Source of the DNA: Lingula anatina
Taxonomy: Eukaryota; Animalia; Brachiopoda
NCBI GenBank assembly: GCA_051362555.1
Contig: CM120642.1
Coordinates: 6,882,001 to 6,946,000, forward strand
DNA: 64,000 bases
Direction: 5' to 3'
Below the pieces are notes generated by a model that saw only the letters and a program-made list of their open reading frames with translations, had not been told where the DNA came from and ran no database searches. A program made the position numbers and the translations under genes. Below are positions 39,837 through 54,500 of this stretch, one piece after another; position 1 is the stretch's first letter, and each line of letters begins with the position of its first letter.

Positions 39837-40088
39837 CTGCAATGAGAAATTAAGTTAATAGCCATTCCCAGTGCATTGGAAACTAATCAAATATTATGAA
39901 AATTTGTTTTTTAATCACAACATCAATACTGCATTAATTGTACAATCTTATAAATATGCTGGATTTAGAAGGCATGCAACAGTGCATGAATAATGGATTT
40001 TTGCCCTCCACCCTGGTTAAGTACACACATCACGCACACATGCAATAACACAACCACACAAATAAAGAAAAATACATTTTGTGATTAC

Positions 40089-40199
40089 CTTCAAGATTTC
40101 TTCTAGTACATATCTTTGCATTTGGGAATTATGAATTCTTATGGACCCTCCTCCAATCTCAGTCCCATTTAGCACCAGGTCATAATGCTGACCTTGGAC
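40089..40199 (-). CDS. DARS2: DARS2 exon (111 bp)
   Basis: gatttcag| [37 protein letters not shown] |gtaatc; AspRS signature [18 protein letters not shown]. Confidence 0.97.
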
Positions 40200-40438
40200 C
40201 TGAAATCAACAAGAGAGCACATGTCCTGGGCTCTGGGGTCCGGTAGGGGAGCATAAATTTATGAATTTATTCAGAATTTAAAATATAAGACTTTATACAT
40301 TCTGCAGAAAAAAAGCTTCTGTCTGAGCAAATACAGACCTTAAACATTCTCAAGAAGACACTTGAGAAAACCATTTTGTCACATCTCTGAAAATCAACCA
40401 ACACAATGTCGCCCCTAACGCAATGACAAGTACTATAC

Positions 40439-40518
40439 CTTCTCTGGGTGAGTATATAACAGTTCTTCCTGCCCAGGCTGAGGGGCTGTGAATGGATGGT
40501 GAGCAGATTCCAGACCCT
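40439..40518 (-). CDS. DARS2: DARS2 exon (80 bp)
   Basis: atatttcag| (E)GLESAHHPFTAPQPGQEELLYTHPEK |gtatag; AspRS HHPFT motif. Confidence 0.95.
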
Positions 40519-41839
40519 CTGAAATATTAGAAATATTGATATTAACTGTACTATATATAATGCTTACACTGTGGATATGGAATACAAACTTGTACATGAT
40601 GTCTCTCTCTCTTATGTGCTGAACCATAGTAAAAGGAACCTACATAAGTATCATATGTATCACTGAGTGTTCAATAAATTACTAATATTGTCATTTCTAA
40701 GATGTCACCAAAACTTATGCAATAGCATACATAATATACCTCTTACAAATACTGCCTTAAGCAGAGTGAAGTTGGCAAGTTCATTTGTAAAAAGGCACAA
40801 CTTTTTTCTTTTTTTAAAAAATCTAATGTACAGGGTCAGATATAGCATTTTGTAGCTACTACTTATTTAATAAAATCATGATTGCAATATTACTTATTGT
40901 TTGTGTGTGTGTGCATGCATGTGTGCATGTGTGTATAAGTGCAAGTGTATTTTGTTACAGGGTTAAGAACATAGTTGAGACTACTAATAGAAAAAAATCA
41001 TACAATTTCCAGAATACCCCAGGTAAGCGAGTTAATAGTTTCATCAAACATCAGCCAATCATTAATTAACTCTCATCATGATCATCTCTTTTTTTCTTTT
41101 TTTCCGACTATTAAATCATGCTTTTGTCTGTTTGATATATGGAGAGCAAAGAATTTCACAGACAGGTCATCCAGGCTCAGTGCATCTTCATAAAAATCTC
41201 AACTCAAGGGATCTTGCCGTTATTGATGCTGTTTTATTTATTATGGCACAATCAATCAAAAATGGAAGATGAAACAAGGTTCAAAATTCCAATCCATGAA
41301 CTCTCGAACTCCACCATCTCCCCCAAGGAAAAAAGCTTGAACATACCGTAAATCATCAAACCAGTAAATAGGTCATTAATTTGCCTCGATCCATTGACTA
41401 ATTCCTTTTTGATGACAAATTGATGAGCCTTTATGATCAATAAGCCATTTTGATGCGACTTGTGGGACTCTTTCAATCACATATATGTTCACTCACATCT
41501 TGGTTTAATAGATGCTTACCATACACAACATTTAGTTTATTAATTCTGCAGAAAAAGAAGTGGTCTCCAAGGACATTTCAAAAATGCTTTGAGCTCAGCT
41601 CGCAACTAAATTTATGATCGAATGGAAGAAAAGTGATAGGTATGTATGTTTTATAAGTAGTAAATAGATAATTCTGGTAAATAAAGAATTTACGATATGC
41701 AAATTACTGCTAAAAATATTTATTTGTTGTTAATCTCAATTGCAACTATTTAATAACAATATTACAGACAAGAACAAAATTAAGCTTTCATGCAATTTAT
41801 ATTCATAATATAAATAGCTACTAATAATCTACAATTGCT

Positions 41840-41841
<2 letters not shown>

Positions 41842-41875
<34 letters not shown>
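41842..41875. repeat. (GA)n microsatellite
   Basis: Directly visible; intronic in DARS2. Confidence 0.9.
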
Positions 41876-41878
<3 letters not shown>

Positions 41879-44800
41879 TTTAATTAGAGGTTTTGATTGA
41901 AATAATCTTAGAATAAATTTTATCACTTTTCATGAGAAGACAAGGAATAAAATCCTCCAAATTGGAGTCTGAAATCTTGCCAGGCAAATTTCAATTCAAA
42001 GCATCTTTCTAGTTAACTCTGACTGCCTCCTGGAAGTCCAACTAAGCAGTTTAAAGTCCACCCCCCCCCCTTACTTGCTACAGTAGGCAACTGTAACTGC
42101 TGTCATCACTACTAATAACAGCGTTTTAACTAAAAGACATTCTAAAACCCGGACAAACTTGAATGTTAAACAAATAGAAATCAAGGATGGTTTTAATTCA
42201 CAAATAATTATTTCTATTATTTATATTTTTCCCGTTGCTGAATGAAACCAGCTTTATTCTCTGATCATGAACATGAAGCCTACTGTACATGTATAAAATG
42301 TCTTGAACATGTTTTGTAGATCACCTAGGCTTGGCTCCAAGTCTTTCTATTTTCATCAAGACATACAGAACAGTTTATGTGACTGGATAAGGAAGGACAG
42401 GGAGGCTACAAGTTATTTTGTCATATCTAATTCATTTAGTTCCTTACATTGCTGTGTTCCCAAAGTTCTTTGGCTAAACAATGACTGCTGAAATTGGTTA
42501 CACTGTAGCAAACTATGTACAGTCAACAGTGCTATACAGGTATTAGAGCTTTTAAAATTGATTGGTCTACAGTCAATTTATTTGACATACCTAAATGGGC
42601 TACTGTCACCATTGAGAGTAAAAACTTTTGTCAAGATGGTTAGAATTTCCTCAAGGAGTTTATTTAAAATATTTCCAAAAATGAGGTTAACTGAACAGAG
42701 CTACAATGGTTTGTCAATACTGCATTAGCAGTAATGGCACGGTAGTGATGTTGGGCATTTCTGTTGTATTGAAAAAATCATACTCCCAACTTTTTCAAAG
42801 ATCAATCTTCAAATAACATTGAAAATACTCAGGCATATGATAACCCAATCATCATTAAAACCAATTCTCAATTTTTTTTCAAACTGACACAACAATTTTG
42901 ACATAGCATGACATGACATGAAACAGCAGATCATGACACTGCATGACAAAATTAACAAAAAAAGGAACATGCTATAACATAAAGTTACTGTATTATAAAA
43001 ACATAACTGTGAAAGAAATGTGTACATTGTAAGAAGCATAGGTACCTCAAATATATGTATGTTTAATTTTACTGTAATGCCTCAAGAGATGGTGCTATAT
43101 ATAATTATTATAAAATGGGATATGGAAACAATCCATTACATTGTCTGGATAAAATCCTGTACTGTTTGGATTAACACTAATCATAATTAAAATTATGATA
43201 TAATCTGGCTTTCTTTAATCTGACACAAATCAATAAGAGGCCTACAGTCTAAATACTTTTATAGACAAAACAGTTTTGAGAGAGAGAGAGAGAGAGACTG
43301 CATGCTCACTAGCCAACTTCATTGTGTAACCAAATCACACACCATTTCAATTTATTTGTGATAATCCTGCTTACGCCTGTGCTTCGTAACACACATAAGT
43401 TACAAAGAAGCCGACATAATGACTTTTCAGGCAACTTCTGTGCCTTCTGTACTACCCACACATTTTCATAAAAGTAACAAAATGAAGACATCCATTCACC
43501 ACACCCACCTCTCTGTTATCGCCTATCAAAAAAAAAAAGCAATAACATTACGGAGATATTATTAGATGTCTAAATTGACTTCTACTTGAAAATTCTAGAA
43601 GACTGTCATCAATTCGGTGACATTATGAGATCTTTAAATTGAACCCTACTTGAGAAATCAAGAGGTGTGTTATTACTTTGGGGGCAGCAAATCAAGGGAT
43701 GATGAGCTCTGGTCAGCCAATCAGTCGTCCTAAAATGAGCATCAGGATTATATGGGAATAATCACTTTGATTTCATTTTCAAGGAAATTTAAACCAGAGT
43801 AATTATTTATTATCCATTTTTCTTTTAAATTTGTGGTTCCTATTTTACATTTAACATTAACATCTTACAATACAGTATCTAAAAGAGTATTTTTGATCTT
43901 TTTTTTTTTAGTGAGAACAATACCAAAATGTGGTCAAAGTGTTCTGTACTATAACTGTGTATTTTGCTAATAATAAATTCTAAGGAGGGTAGAAATTAAG
44001 TAGAATACATATTTTGAGCCAGTTAACCATGGTTAACATCATATTATGATATTCTCCTGAAATACATTCTACAGTAGGATCCTGCCCCTTCCCCCCCGCC
44101 CCCCCCCCCCCCTCCACAACAAAGAGGGAGGGGGAAAAGCAAAGGTGTAATGTCTCTATATCCCTTATAGTGACAGGCTCGATGTTCTTGACAAGGCCTG
44201 ATTATGAGCCCAGATAAACCTTATTTTCCACCCGCTATTCCCACAACCCCCGCTGATCTCAGTTTTCTTTCTCTTCCTTCCATCCATTGTCGTCTGTGTA
44301 TCAGAAAGCCTAGAAGCCTGGAAGGTGCACGGATCTGTTGTTTGCAATCAAAAATCTACGAGCAGAAGATGAGCGTATTGAGGAAGTCTGCGGGAGGCCT
44401 AATAGGTTCATTTGTTGGACAGGTAATGAGATAGCATAAGTGCTGCAATGTATACCTCTCTTAATATGAGGTGGTCTGAACGTCAACCACGTCACCGCTA
44501 TCAAACTGAGATTTTAATTTATCACGCTGACAAGCACATGTTAATATATAACCACTAACCACTAATTCTTAAGAACTACCAAAGAGTTTGATTAACTTAT
44601 TGCAATCGCCTTACTAAAATTTAAATTAAACATCTCTTAACAGGAATCAGGGCTTACGTTTGTTCAATTGTACTAACTTTTGGTTCTAAATTTAATCTAT
44701 TATGCTAAAATGACCTTGTATGCTAGTAAATTGAAAGGAGATTCATCCAAGGTTAAAATTGAACCACTGGGGGCTCTAAATTATACCACTGTGCTTTTTA

Positions 44801-45259
44801 CTCCTGCCTCCCGCTGGGAGTGGTGTACATGTAACAATGCTTGAGGATGGTGAAGAAAGGAGAAAGATATCATCATCTTGACTTCAATAACATCTAAATA
44901 ATGCCTTTTTTTTGTTTTAAATATGAACAGGTTATGTCACTTCAAATAAAAAAAAAAAATCAATTAGTATCTCCGATCTAGCAAAGTACATAATTTATAC
45001 CATTCATAGACACAAAAGTGGCTAATTTTTGGTGAAGATGATTTATACCTAACAATTTGAATTCAAATACATTTTATTTCTTAAAAATGAAAAAAAGTAC
45101 TACTTTAAGCAATTTGTCACCACAGCAAAGAGAGATGGGATATAGTCATTATGTAATCTATATTGCCTCTGCCAGAGAGGGTGTGTTTTTGTCTTTGTTG
45201 ATTTTATTAATTAACAACCTACATGTAAAGAATCAAAGAAAAAGAAGGGGGTTGCTTAC

Positions 45260-45346
45260 CTGTGCCATCTTCTTTTGGCAGGAACAATGGAAAGTCATAT
45301 ACCCACAAGAAATTAAGGGCACTCGGATCTTGAAGCTTTCTTCTCT
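45260..45346 (-). CDS. DARS2: DARS2 exon (87 bp)
   Basis: gtttttag| (E)RRKLQDPSALNFLWVYDFPLFLPKEDGT |gtaagc; FLWVxDFPLF motif; phase 1 at both ends. Confidence 0.93.
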
Positions 45347-47163
45347 CTAAAAACAAACAAATGTACCCCATAAGTAATATCACAACTAAAAGCTAACTGG
45401 AATATGTATAATTAGCTAGTATCGTAAACTTAAAGTAAGCAGTAAAACTGACAGACATTTAAGGGTGTTTTATCAACTTCTACGAAATACATCAACCTTA
45501 AAAAACAGAAATGATTCAATTACTGATATTTAAGAGAGTCACCTAGACAGAACCCATAAGCTTGACATGGCCAATTTTGATTGGCCCAAACACATGGAAG
45601 CTAACTCGAGAAAGGGAGCAAAAAACCCATAGTTTAATTACGTGTAGGACCACCCTATGTGTTTCAAATATAATAGATAAGTGTAACACACAACGTGGAA
45701 AGGGCCTCTGTCAGGGTAAAAGATCTGTCTCAGACCATATAGCAAAACTCTAGCTCTGCGCTGACACAATTACTGCTAAAAGAATCCCCCTTAAGTTAAA
45801 GGTATTTTCAGGGAGAAGGGGGCTGTTTTATTAACCTCCCACTTCTCCAATACATAAACTTTCCTTGTACCTAATAATAACAAAGAATTCACCTCAAAAT
45901 ATCACCTTTTTGGAAAGATTAAACACTTTCTAATATCACATATTTATAAAAGCAAACAGACGTTAGCTGCCTATTTACATATTCATTAAGGAAAAAAATG
46001 GGCATTTTATTATTAAAGTGCAATCTAGCTTGTTGACATTCTGACAATTCTCATGACATTATCCACTTTTCCTACGTCCGGTACAATGGTCAAGGGTTAA
46101 GTAAACTGATTGGTGATGTTGTCCAGCAAAAGCAGACCAATACAATAAATCCTAATGCAATATTTCTCAGTGCAATGGGCGGGACAACAACAAACGGAAG
46201 TGCCAAAAACAACTTTTTGTTCCCCCAGAGTTGTTGTTCTTGCACTCCCAATGGTTCCCTATCACATCCCACCTCTGACCCCTCCTCTATTGGTCAGTTT
46301 GAAATGTGTACGCTACATTTGTCACAGTTATGATAAAATGTAAACTTTCGGGTAGGTGCTAAAATTCTCAATCTAGGACTACTTAGGAAGTACATTATAA
46401 ACTGTGTTAACTTAGCTAAATTGGCAAATGTGTGTTTATCAAGTGCCCAAGGTGTATTAGTCTATTGAAATCTGATGATGGCTATCATACACTAAATATG
46501 AATTGATAACTGAACCAAACGGAATATAGGACACTTCCAATTTGATTAAGGGTACTTCATGACTGTTTTTTTTTTAACCCAAAACTTTTTTTAATTGAAA
46601 GATCATTATGTGACCTTCCAAAAGACCTTTCTTAATAAGCACAGAATTTGACAACCAATTCCTTCCTGTGCTCAAATGATGTGACATAATTTCCAAGCAT
46701 TATATCTGTTAATACTTAATATATACTTTTTAATATATGTGTGATATACTAAAAAACTGAGAAAGAAAATGCAATGTGAACTCAAACACACCGGACCATG
46801 TAATAATATCCTTTTGGCAGGAAATAACATTTAAATTCTGATCAAAGCAAACTGGTTTCAGTTCCATCTGGAATCAAACTGTGAATACGCCTCAACAAGA
46901 ACGCTGGAACTGGAGACATTCTACAACGTTAATCCAAGGAAAATAATTCTGCCTGAACATTAGCTTACGACACGTGAACAATAGAAAACCTATTATAAAG
47001 CAAGGATGAAGCACATCATGGGCTCTTAACCCTCTCCATTAACTTAAACGCGACTGAATGAGAACTAATGGATAATAGTGAATAATTCCCCCTCCTTCAA
47101 TACAAGTGGGTTTTTACGCCGAAGGATGTGTTGACATAGTTATTTGATCGTGTTATACAATAC

Positions 47164-47218
47164 CTTCTTCGTCAAAACTGTTTGTGCTCTCTAGTCTGAC
47201 TCTTCCAAGGAGCGCGCA
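47164..47218 (-). CDS. DARS2: DARS2 exon (55 bp)
   Basis: ttttcttttcttag| CALLGRVRLESTNSFDEE |gtattg; matches the LGxLRL segment after the GAD domain; phase consistent. Confidence 0.85.
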
Positions 47219-49519
47219 CTAAGAAAAGAAAAGAAAATAATTGTATTTTATAGCTGCTATTAAGAGGGTTATAAATATGAAATGGAATATAGGATCGCCT
47301 GTGGCATCCCAACACTGGGGCTTTTTTCTCAGTGTAGAAACAAACCACTGCGAGTGTGTCTCTCAATGCAACGAGGGCGATCCATTACAATTAGGTTAGT
47401 CAACCATGAACAATACCACACGGTCTCTTCAACATTTGTGCATTAGCTTGGCATGTGAGGTTGCGAAAACACACACATTGTAGGTAAGCGAAAGTCTGAT
47501 TTTCAGATTACACACACGCTATGTTGATAATGAGTGCGCAAAGACGGTAAACCGTGACACATGCGATTACATCACAAGTTTTGAACATTTATTGTGATTC
47601 TGATTATATAAGCAACGGGAAGCCATCTTTCAGAAATGGCTGAATGATACAGATGGGAAACCTGTTGCTGTCAAATTCGTGTATGCCTATGTGAGGATTC
47701 ATGTTTGTGACATCTACACAGATGGATGAAGGTTTGAATATGAAGCATTGATCAAAATGTCAAAATAAGCTTTATTCTATCTATGGGTTAAATCAATATG
47801 TTGCTTAGTTGCATGAATCAAACCAACACCCTCTCCAAAATCTGACATATATCAGCAATCTTTCAGACACATAATTTACTTTTAATTAAGAAAATAAGCA
47901 TGGTTCCTTCAATATTATATGGCAGTATAGTTTGGAAATGAGAAAAAAATGTTAGTAACATATACACCACAAGCTATTTTCCTAAAAGTTTAAGTGCAAT
48001 GCAAACAACAGTTCTAAAGTAGTGAAATAGAACCGTGACTCCATTAACTTATTCCTTTCTTTTATGTCAAAGTCAGCTGGTACAGTATTTGTCATGTGTA
48101 TCAAAAGTTTACGTAACTTGTGTGCACAAGGAAAAATATAGCCTGCTTTTTGTCACAGCACTCAGACATAATAGAAGTGCTTGGAACTGATAGGGCTTCT
48201 GGACTGAGTATCATTCAATGAAATCTTTTTCTGCTTTGACAACAGATTGAATGGTTTGAGACTAAACAGAGAAATGTGTGACCATTCGATATGTCTGTTA
48301 ATATTTACATATATAATTGATAGGCTGTACTGGTGCATAAATATTTCCATAGTTGTAGGGCCATGCAAGGAGTTGCTTTCTTGTTTCATGTCAATTATAG
48401 AATATAACTGGAAATGTTTCTTTTATTTCTGAATCAGCAGTTTTGTACCAAAATAGCTGCATTCTTGTTCACTAAAAAATGCAGATGGTAAAGAGAGAAA
48501 TAAAAGAAAATTTATGTTTAGCAAAGAATAAGTAAAAAGGGTACACTGCATTACTTGAAATGAAATTGATGAACTTTTAACCTAATGTCATCATCCAAAA
48601 ATTAATAGAATTATTACATGAGAGAAACAAAGTTGTAGATATCTTCTTACTGTTAACTAAAATTCTAATGAAAGATTACTCGAGTTCATTCAGTCTTCTA
48701 ACTCGTGCAAAAGCAGCCACAAATATCCTTGGGAATAACTGAAATCAATTATTAATGATAAGAAAACACGAGTGAGTAGCTTGCAGGTTATCGAGTACGG
48801 GGGCAATACGCTGGAGGGAACACGGAACAGTTACAGCATATTGCAGCACGGGGTTCTAATACATCACCTGGGCACACAAAACTATTATTACTAATATTAT
48901 TTTATGCGGTGCTAATTGTTGGTCCTGTGTGCGTGAACTGCATTGCTTAATCCGTCCGAATGAACACACAAAAAGCCAACCAGTTCGCACTGTTGTGAAA
49001 GGCAACCGAATGACCCAACACTAAACTTGCCAATTACAATGGCCCGGTTGGCGGGGACAAAAGCGCAAATGAACTGTTACATTTCCCGATCAATATGCTG
49101 ATTTCATGAATGAAAAATCAAAGGAAATGACTGAGGATAAGCCTGCAAATACCCTGCATAAGCATCTCAAGGCCAGAATTACCAAAATACACATTGAAAC
49201 GGAGAAAGGGGGAGTCTGAATTTTTCGTCCTATAGCTGGAAAAATATTAGTTCACTTGGTACAGTGTAAGTAAGCAAAAGCTGACCAAGGTCAACTTCTT
49301 GACCACGTCCGGAGGCTTATACCAAAGGCATTTTTAAAAGAATACATAAGCCAGGTAAGGAAATGCACAGACATCTGTAGCTGTTTATTCAGTATACACG
49401 TTTCTTTAGGAGTAATGGTATGGGATAGGAAAATATTTCAGATTTTTAAAGTCTGTGGAGGTATTTGTTGGTGCTAAATGTTAATATGTTAGACAGAAGA
49501 TTAACTTATTTTATCCAAT

Positions 49520-49522
<3 letters not shown>

Positions 49523-49605
<83 letters not shown>
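49523..49605. repeat. (AG)n microsatellite, ~41 units
   Basis: Directly visible; intronic in DARS2. Confidence 0.95.
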
Positions 49606-49609
<4 letters not shown>

Positions 49610-49832
49610 GGAGGGGAGGAGAGAAGAGGTGCATCCATTTACATATGTAAAGCAGCCGTATCAATAACAGGCAGACAGATGCATAGACACACACATACAG
49701 AGAGGCAAAAAGAAACAATCATATATCATTCTAAAAGGAAACTTAAATGACTTAAACGAAGAAAGCACCATCACACAAGTTTTCACTGGCCAACACCAAT
49801 TACTTTACTCTGTCAAAAAAAAGTCAATTTAC

Positions 49833-49985
49833 CGTTGCATAAGTCTCCCCAGCAGACAAGAAGACCAAATCCCCAGGCTCCATACCAAGATGAGTGATCA
49901 ACCTGGACCTGGTGTCTGTGCTGAGAAACTTGGCCATACTTCCTTGGAGAGAGAGATCTTCTTTCATTTTAATGGGGATCAAATT
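49833..49985 (-). CDS. DARS2: DARS2 exon (153 bp, GAD insertion domain); most 5' exon recognised
   Basis: ttaattgcag| NLIPIKMKEDLSLQGSMAKFLSTDTRSRLITHLGMEPGDLVFLSAGETYAT |gtaaat; GDLxFxxAG motif; phase 0-0. Upstream exons were not recognised in the window. Confidence 0.85.
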
Positions 49986-50964
49986 CTGCAATTAAAAGAA
50001 GTAATGTAATTAAGGAGTGTCCAGTAGAGGTATTCTAATTAAGTAAACTAAAATACTTATTTAATTAAAGCCCATCAGGGAAATGACTTTGTTATTAAAA
50101 CTCTGATATTGCTAATTAAAATGTATCTGGAAAAACAACAATGCTTGCTCATGAGAAAACTTTTCTCAGACTTGATGTTTCTATTTACAGTATTTGGCTC
50201 TTAATGATTCTTTTTCCAAAACCTGGTGCAGCAAAATTAAGAGCTAACACAATTTTGTATTGATACTCTAGGGTAATTTCCTCTGGCATAATTTGTTTTT
50301 GTTGATAAACAATGTTCTCTGACTTACCAAAATCTAATCTGAATAAATAAATAATAGTGTGTAGTGTCAGGCAATCTCTTTACAGTTACAAACACTGCTC
50401 AGGTTAAGAAAATGCAAACATATACACCCTGGCACCCTGATCATTATACTTTTAAATATTTTAATGTGGTAATCAATAAAAAAAACTCAATGTTTTATTT
50501 GGTTTGAAAAAAAATGTTCCTTTGCCTTTGAGATCTAAAGCATAATATCCTCCCACCTGCCCTAATGAACTAATCACCTTGCTTAACAATCTACAAGTCA
50601 CTTTCCAAGTCAATCCCCAATCAACCTGTTTTAAGCAATTACCTAGATTGTATTATTACAGTGATTACGAGCAGGGAGACTTAAACTGTTCAGCCAGGGG
50701 GCAAACCCCTTAATTGTTAACGCTGGAGGAATCCATTAGACTTAATCATGGGTTGCCGCATATGTAATGTAGTAAGGATAAGCCTCTGTCGGTTCCTTGC
50801 ATAAGCGTAAGTAATGTTACGTTATTAGATTGCTAGATCATGACTGACAGGGAATTATGACACATTGTAAATTAATGACAGTCAATACTTAGTGACCTGG
50901 TATGCTGCAGCTGGAGGCAGTGGTGGTCCTGGGGGCGGGGGGAAGGGTAACAGAAAGTGTCTAT

Positions 50965-51511
50965 GAGCGCATTCTCAACGAATTTTAAGCCAGGCTTTAC
51001 AAAGCCGGTGACCTAAAAATGGCGGACGTACATGAAAGAAAAACCGCCTAATCTTTTAATAGTCTCTCCGCCTCCCCACACGTCGTCCCTGCGGGGTACA
51101 GTAATTAAATCGCGTCTCCGTTCGCCATGCGGAAGCTACCTGAGAAATATTAAGTGCGCATGCTCATCAGTTAAACTCGTGGTGAAGAAAGCATGGCGGC
51201 TGAAGGCGATCGAAGGAAAAAAGCTCTTCTGTTCTATTATCTTTGAAAACAGAGACGAAGAGGAATAATTTGGCCCGTAGAGCAGCAATGAATCGACTAT
51301 CTACGGAGATAATATCACCAGAGATATTCACGGAAATATTAATGTTCGGAGCCGAGATTTAATTACTGTACCCCGCAGGGACGACGTGTGGGGAGGCGTG
51401 TGAGAGGCGGAGAGACTATTAAAAGATTAGGCGGTTTTTCTTTCATGTACGTCAGCCATTTTTAGGTCACCGGCTTTGTAAAGCCTGGCTTAATTCGTTG
51501 AGAATGCGCTC
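50965..51511. mobile_element. 547-bp non-autonomous DNA transposon (MITE) with ~155-bp TIRs and 3-bp TSD (TAT), PIF/Harbinger-like
   Basis: TAT|gagcgcattctcaacgaatt ... aattcgttgagaatgcgctc|TAT. Arms 50965-51120 and 51347-51511 are near-perfect reverse complements; CpG-rich. The superfamily is inferred from the 3-bp TSD and GAGC terminus. Confidence 0.88.
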
Positions 51512-54500
51512 TATGAAACAAAACATATGAGCAAGCCCTATGTAGCAAATATTGCTACTGAGAGAGAGGAGCATCATAATCATTATTGGAGTGCTCCCTT
51601 TTCCATCTCTAAAAACAGTATAACATGCAAAATGAGACGAAAAACTGAGCATTTTTTAAAATCTGTTGCCCTGCATATCACAGCAGTATGGACCCTGTAT
51701 GCCACTGTTTATATTTTCATCCTTGCCCTCCTTCTTTCCCTTTGCAGCAATATCCTGGATCCACCAATGAACTCGGAAGTGTAAAATACAATTTTTTAAA
51801 TCTATTTTTGCTAGGTCAATATCTTTTCTGTGGCGAAAAAAAAAAAAATCATGCAGCCTCGAAGGCACAAACAGACTCAATACAGTCAATTAGTTTACTT
51901 GACAGCTTAGTGTCCCAGCAGATGAGCCTTTGTCCATTACAATTAACCTATGAAGATCCGTGCAAATTGCATTGTTCTCCATGAAGTCATTCTCACCTCT
52001 GGGAATTGGAGAGAGATGACCAATAGGGTTTTACTGTCTGTAAAATGCATGCTCATCTCCGTCGCTAGAGTGATTTAAAGGGTTCAACTGAGTGCGATCC
52101 AGCACTGGTATTCTCTGGCGCAGGTGGTTTCATGTGACTTTAGGATAAAGTTGATGATGATTTACGATGAATCAAGTCAAGTCCATGGCATTTGACAAAG
52201 CACTCTGCTTTTGATTGACTGCCTGTCTGCCTTTCTGTCAAACATCCATTTCTATTAAAAATAAAAATTTCATGAAAATAACATCCATATTTCTTTTAAA
52301 ACTGTACTGATGGTTTTGTTCAAATCTCATCTGGACTTTTTCACAACCACTGAGATTTGGAATAAACCCATAACAGTATTCTAAAATGTATGGACCTAAT
52401 CTTCATGTTTACAGATCCAATGAAACTGTTTTCTAATGTGCATGTCTGTTACCTTACAGTCACAAAGTTAACCCAATATCGTTATTTAGATTTAAATCAC
52501 ATTCACTCTCTAGTTCTTGTGGTTTGATTACAGTTCGAATTTACCTCGCTTGACCTTGACTTATATTTACAACCATTCACATTGCAAATTGAATTATATG
52601 ATATTTAAAATGATTACCGAAGGACAAATAAGAAAATTATCCATATACATTCTTTTAAATCTCCTACTTTTATTTTGTACATTTACTGTTTATTTAATGA
52701 ATCCCACTTTTTTGTGTATGTATTTATACTGATTATGTAAAATATCCTTAAAATCCTTTGTATTTACTTTACTGTAGCATATAGAGCACCTGAATGTGGA
52801 CACATTTACTGATTACTTAAATGATCATTATTATGATTTATAACAGGTGGAGCAACATGACTTTATATGTATATAATAGATTTAAGTGTTTTGTCAACTG
52901 AGCAACACTTAAAATAAACAATCTTTTCCCTAGACCCATGAAAAAAAAAAAGAAAACTATCAAATGCCATCCATTAGGCTACATTTTAAGACTTCCATAC
53001 ACTTAGGGTATTTTGCTTTCCTTTGGGATATCACCGTCTATGGAGAAAAAAGCATTAAAATCTTTAACAACCATGTAGTTCAGAGGCTTAATATGGTCAT
53101 GTTCTCCGTGAAAAAGTTCTCATCAGTTGCCTTTATTATTCTTCTGAGACTTATGTTGTGACTGCCCACACAGTATTTTCTACTGGACAAAAAAGAATTA
53201 TTGGATCCATGTCTCCAAAAAATCTTTCTGCATCAAAATTTACTTATAAAATATATTTCTCAAGAACAAGTACAGTAATAGGCAAATCATGTTACTACGA
53301 AATAAGATACATTTGTTGGAAAAAATAATTCACCAACGTTTGCAGAAAGGAAATGTTCCTGCCACAGTGCTTGATTTGAACATCAAAAAACATCATCAGC
53401 GTAGGCATATAAAAACAAATCAATTCTCCAAGGTTATGCGACTGGTGTGTACAGTATAGATAGCAGTTCCATGGGTAGAACAATGGCTGCAATCACTGGT
53501 GGTCACAGCTGCCATCTCCCCTGCACGCTGCACACACACGCTTGATCTGTCGTGATTCTCAGTCGCAATCTGGCTCTTTTGAGAAGAAATAATGAAGCTA
53601 ATCCCAATGTTTCCTGTGCTAAAATTACCTCATTTCCTTCCACTAAGATACGGTTTTAACTGCAATCATGCTTGAAATGTATTAGCTCCTGAACAATCCA
53701 TCCAGCCCCCAAGGGAACACAACGCAAATACAAAAGAGGTTTCTTTTAATGAAAAAAAAAATCTAAAAAAAATCTAGCTTTTAGTGCATTGCTTCTTTCA
53801 GCAGTTAATCATTCCTTATCTATCTTCAAATCATTTCCCCAATCAATTTGCAATCATAAATCCGACGATGAGTTGACATTTTTATTCAATAAAATTGATA
53901 ACAACAACAAAACCTGCTGACCTTACAGAGGTTGAAATGAGGCCATTTTGCATTCGAACCAACTCAGACTGGAAATAAATTAATTAACATCAATAGTCCA
54001 TAATGTAAAATGGGGACCCCTTTCTAATCTGATAATCTTAATGATGTCATTAAGCCAACATCTGATCAAAGTTAGTCACAATGTGAACACGGCTTGAGAG
54101 TAAACAAGGACCATACTTCAAATGGTCTAATATTAGGGCTTAGGGTTACACATAACCTAGAAATGTTTGTGACACTTTGTCTTTATACAGACAGAAAATC
54201 TAAAATATTTTATTAAGATGGTAGCTACTTAAACAGCTAGTTTTAACACTAACTGATTTTGTCCATTCAATGTATGACCTCTGTGCTATGCAGCTGAAGC
54301 TTTAACGCAATCTAGAATTATACAAAGGTACCTTGAAACAACCTTGCTTGTCCTGCATGATGCATTTATAATTTATTGATTAAAATCAGGCAATGTATCA
54401 ATTAATCGACAAATCAGCCAAAGACATTCTATAATGTCAACTATTACAACTTTCTATTGGTAACTGAAGGCAAATATACATGGTATAATGAAATATATTT

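Noticed and set aside
40519-40627. N-terminal part of ORF 40433-40627 as coding
   Set aside because: Intronic read-through; only 40439-40518 matches AspRS and has splice sites.
44022-44037. 16-bp perfect palindrome gttaaccatggttaac
   Set aside because: An 8-bp-arm palindrome is roughly expected by chance in 64 kb of AT-rich DNA.
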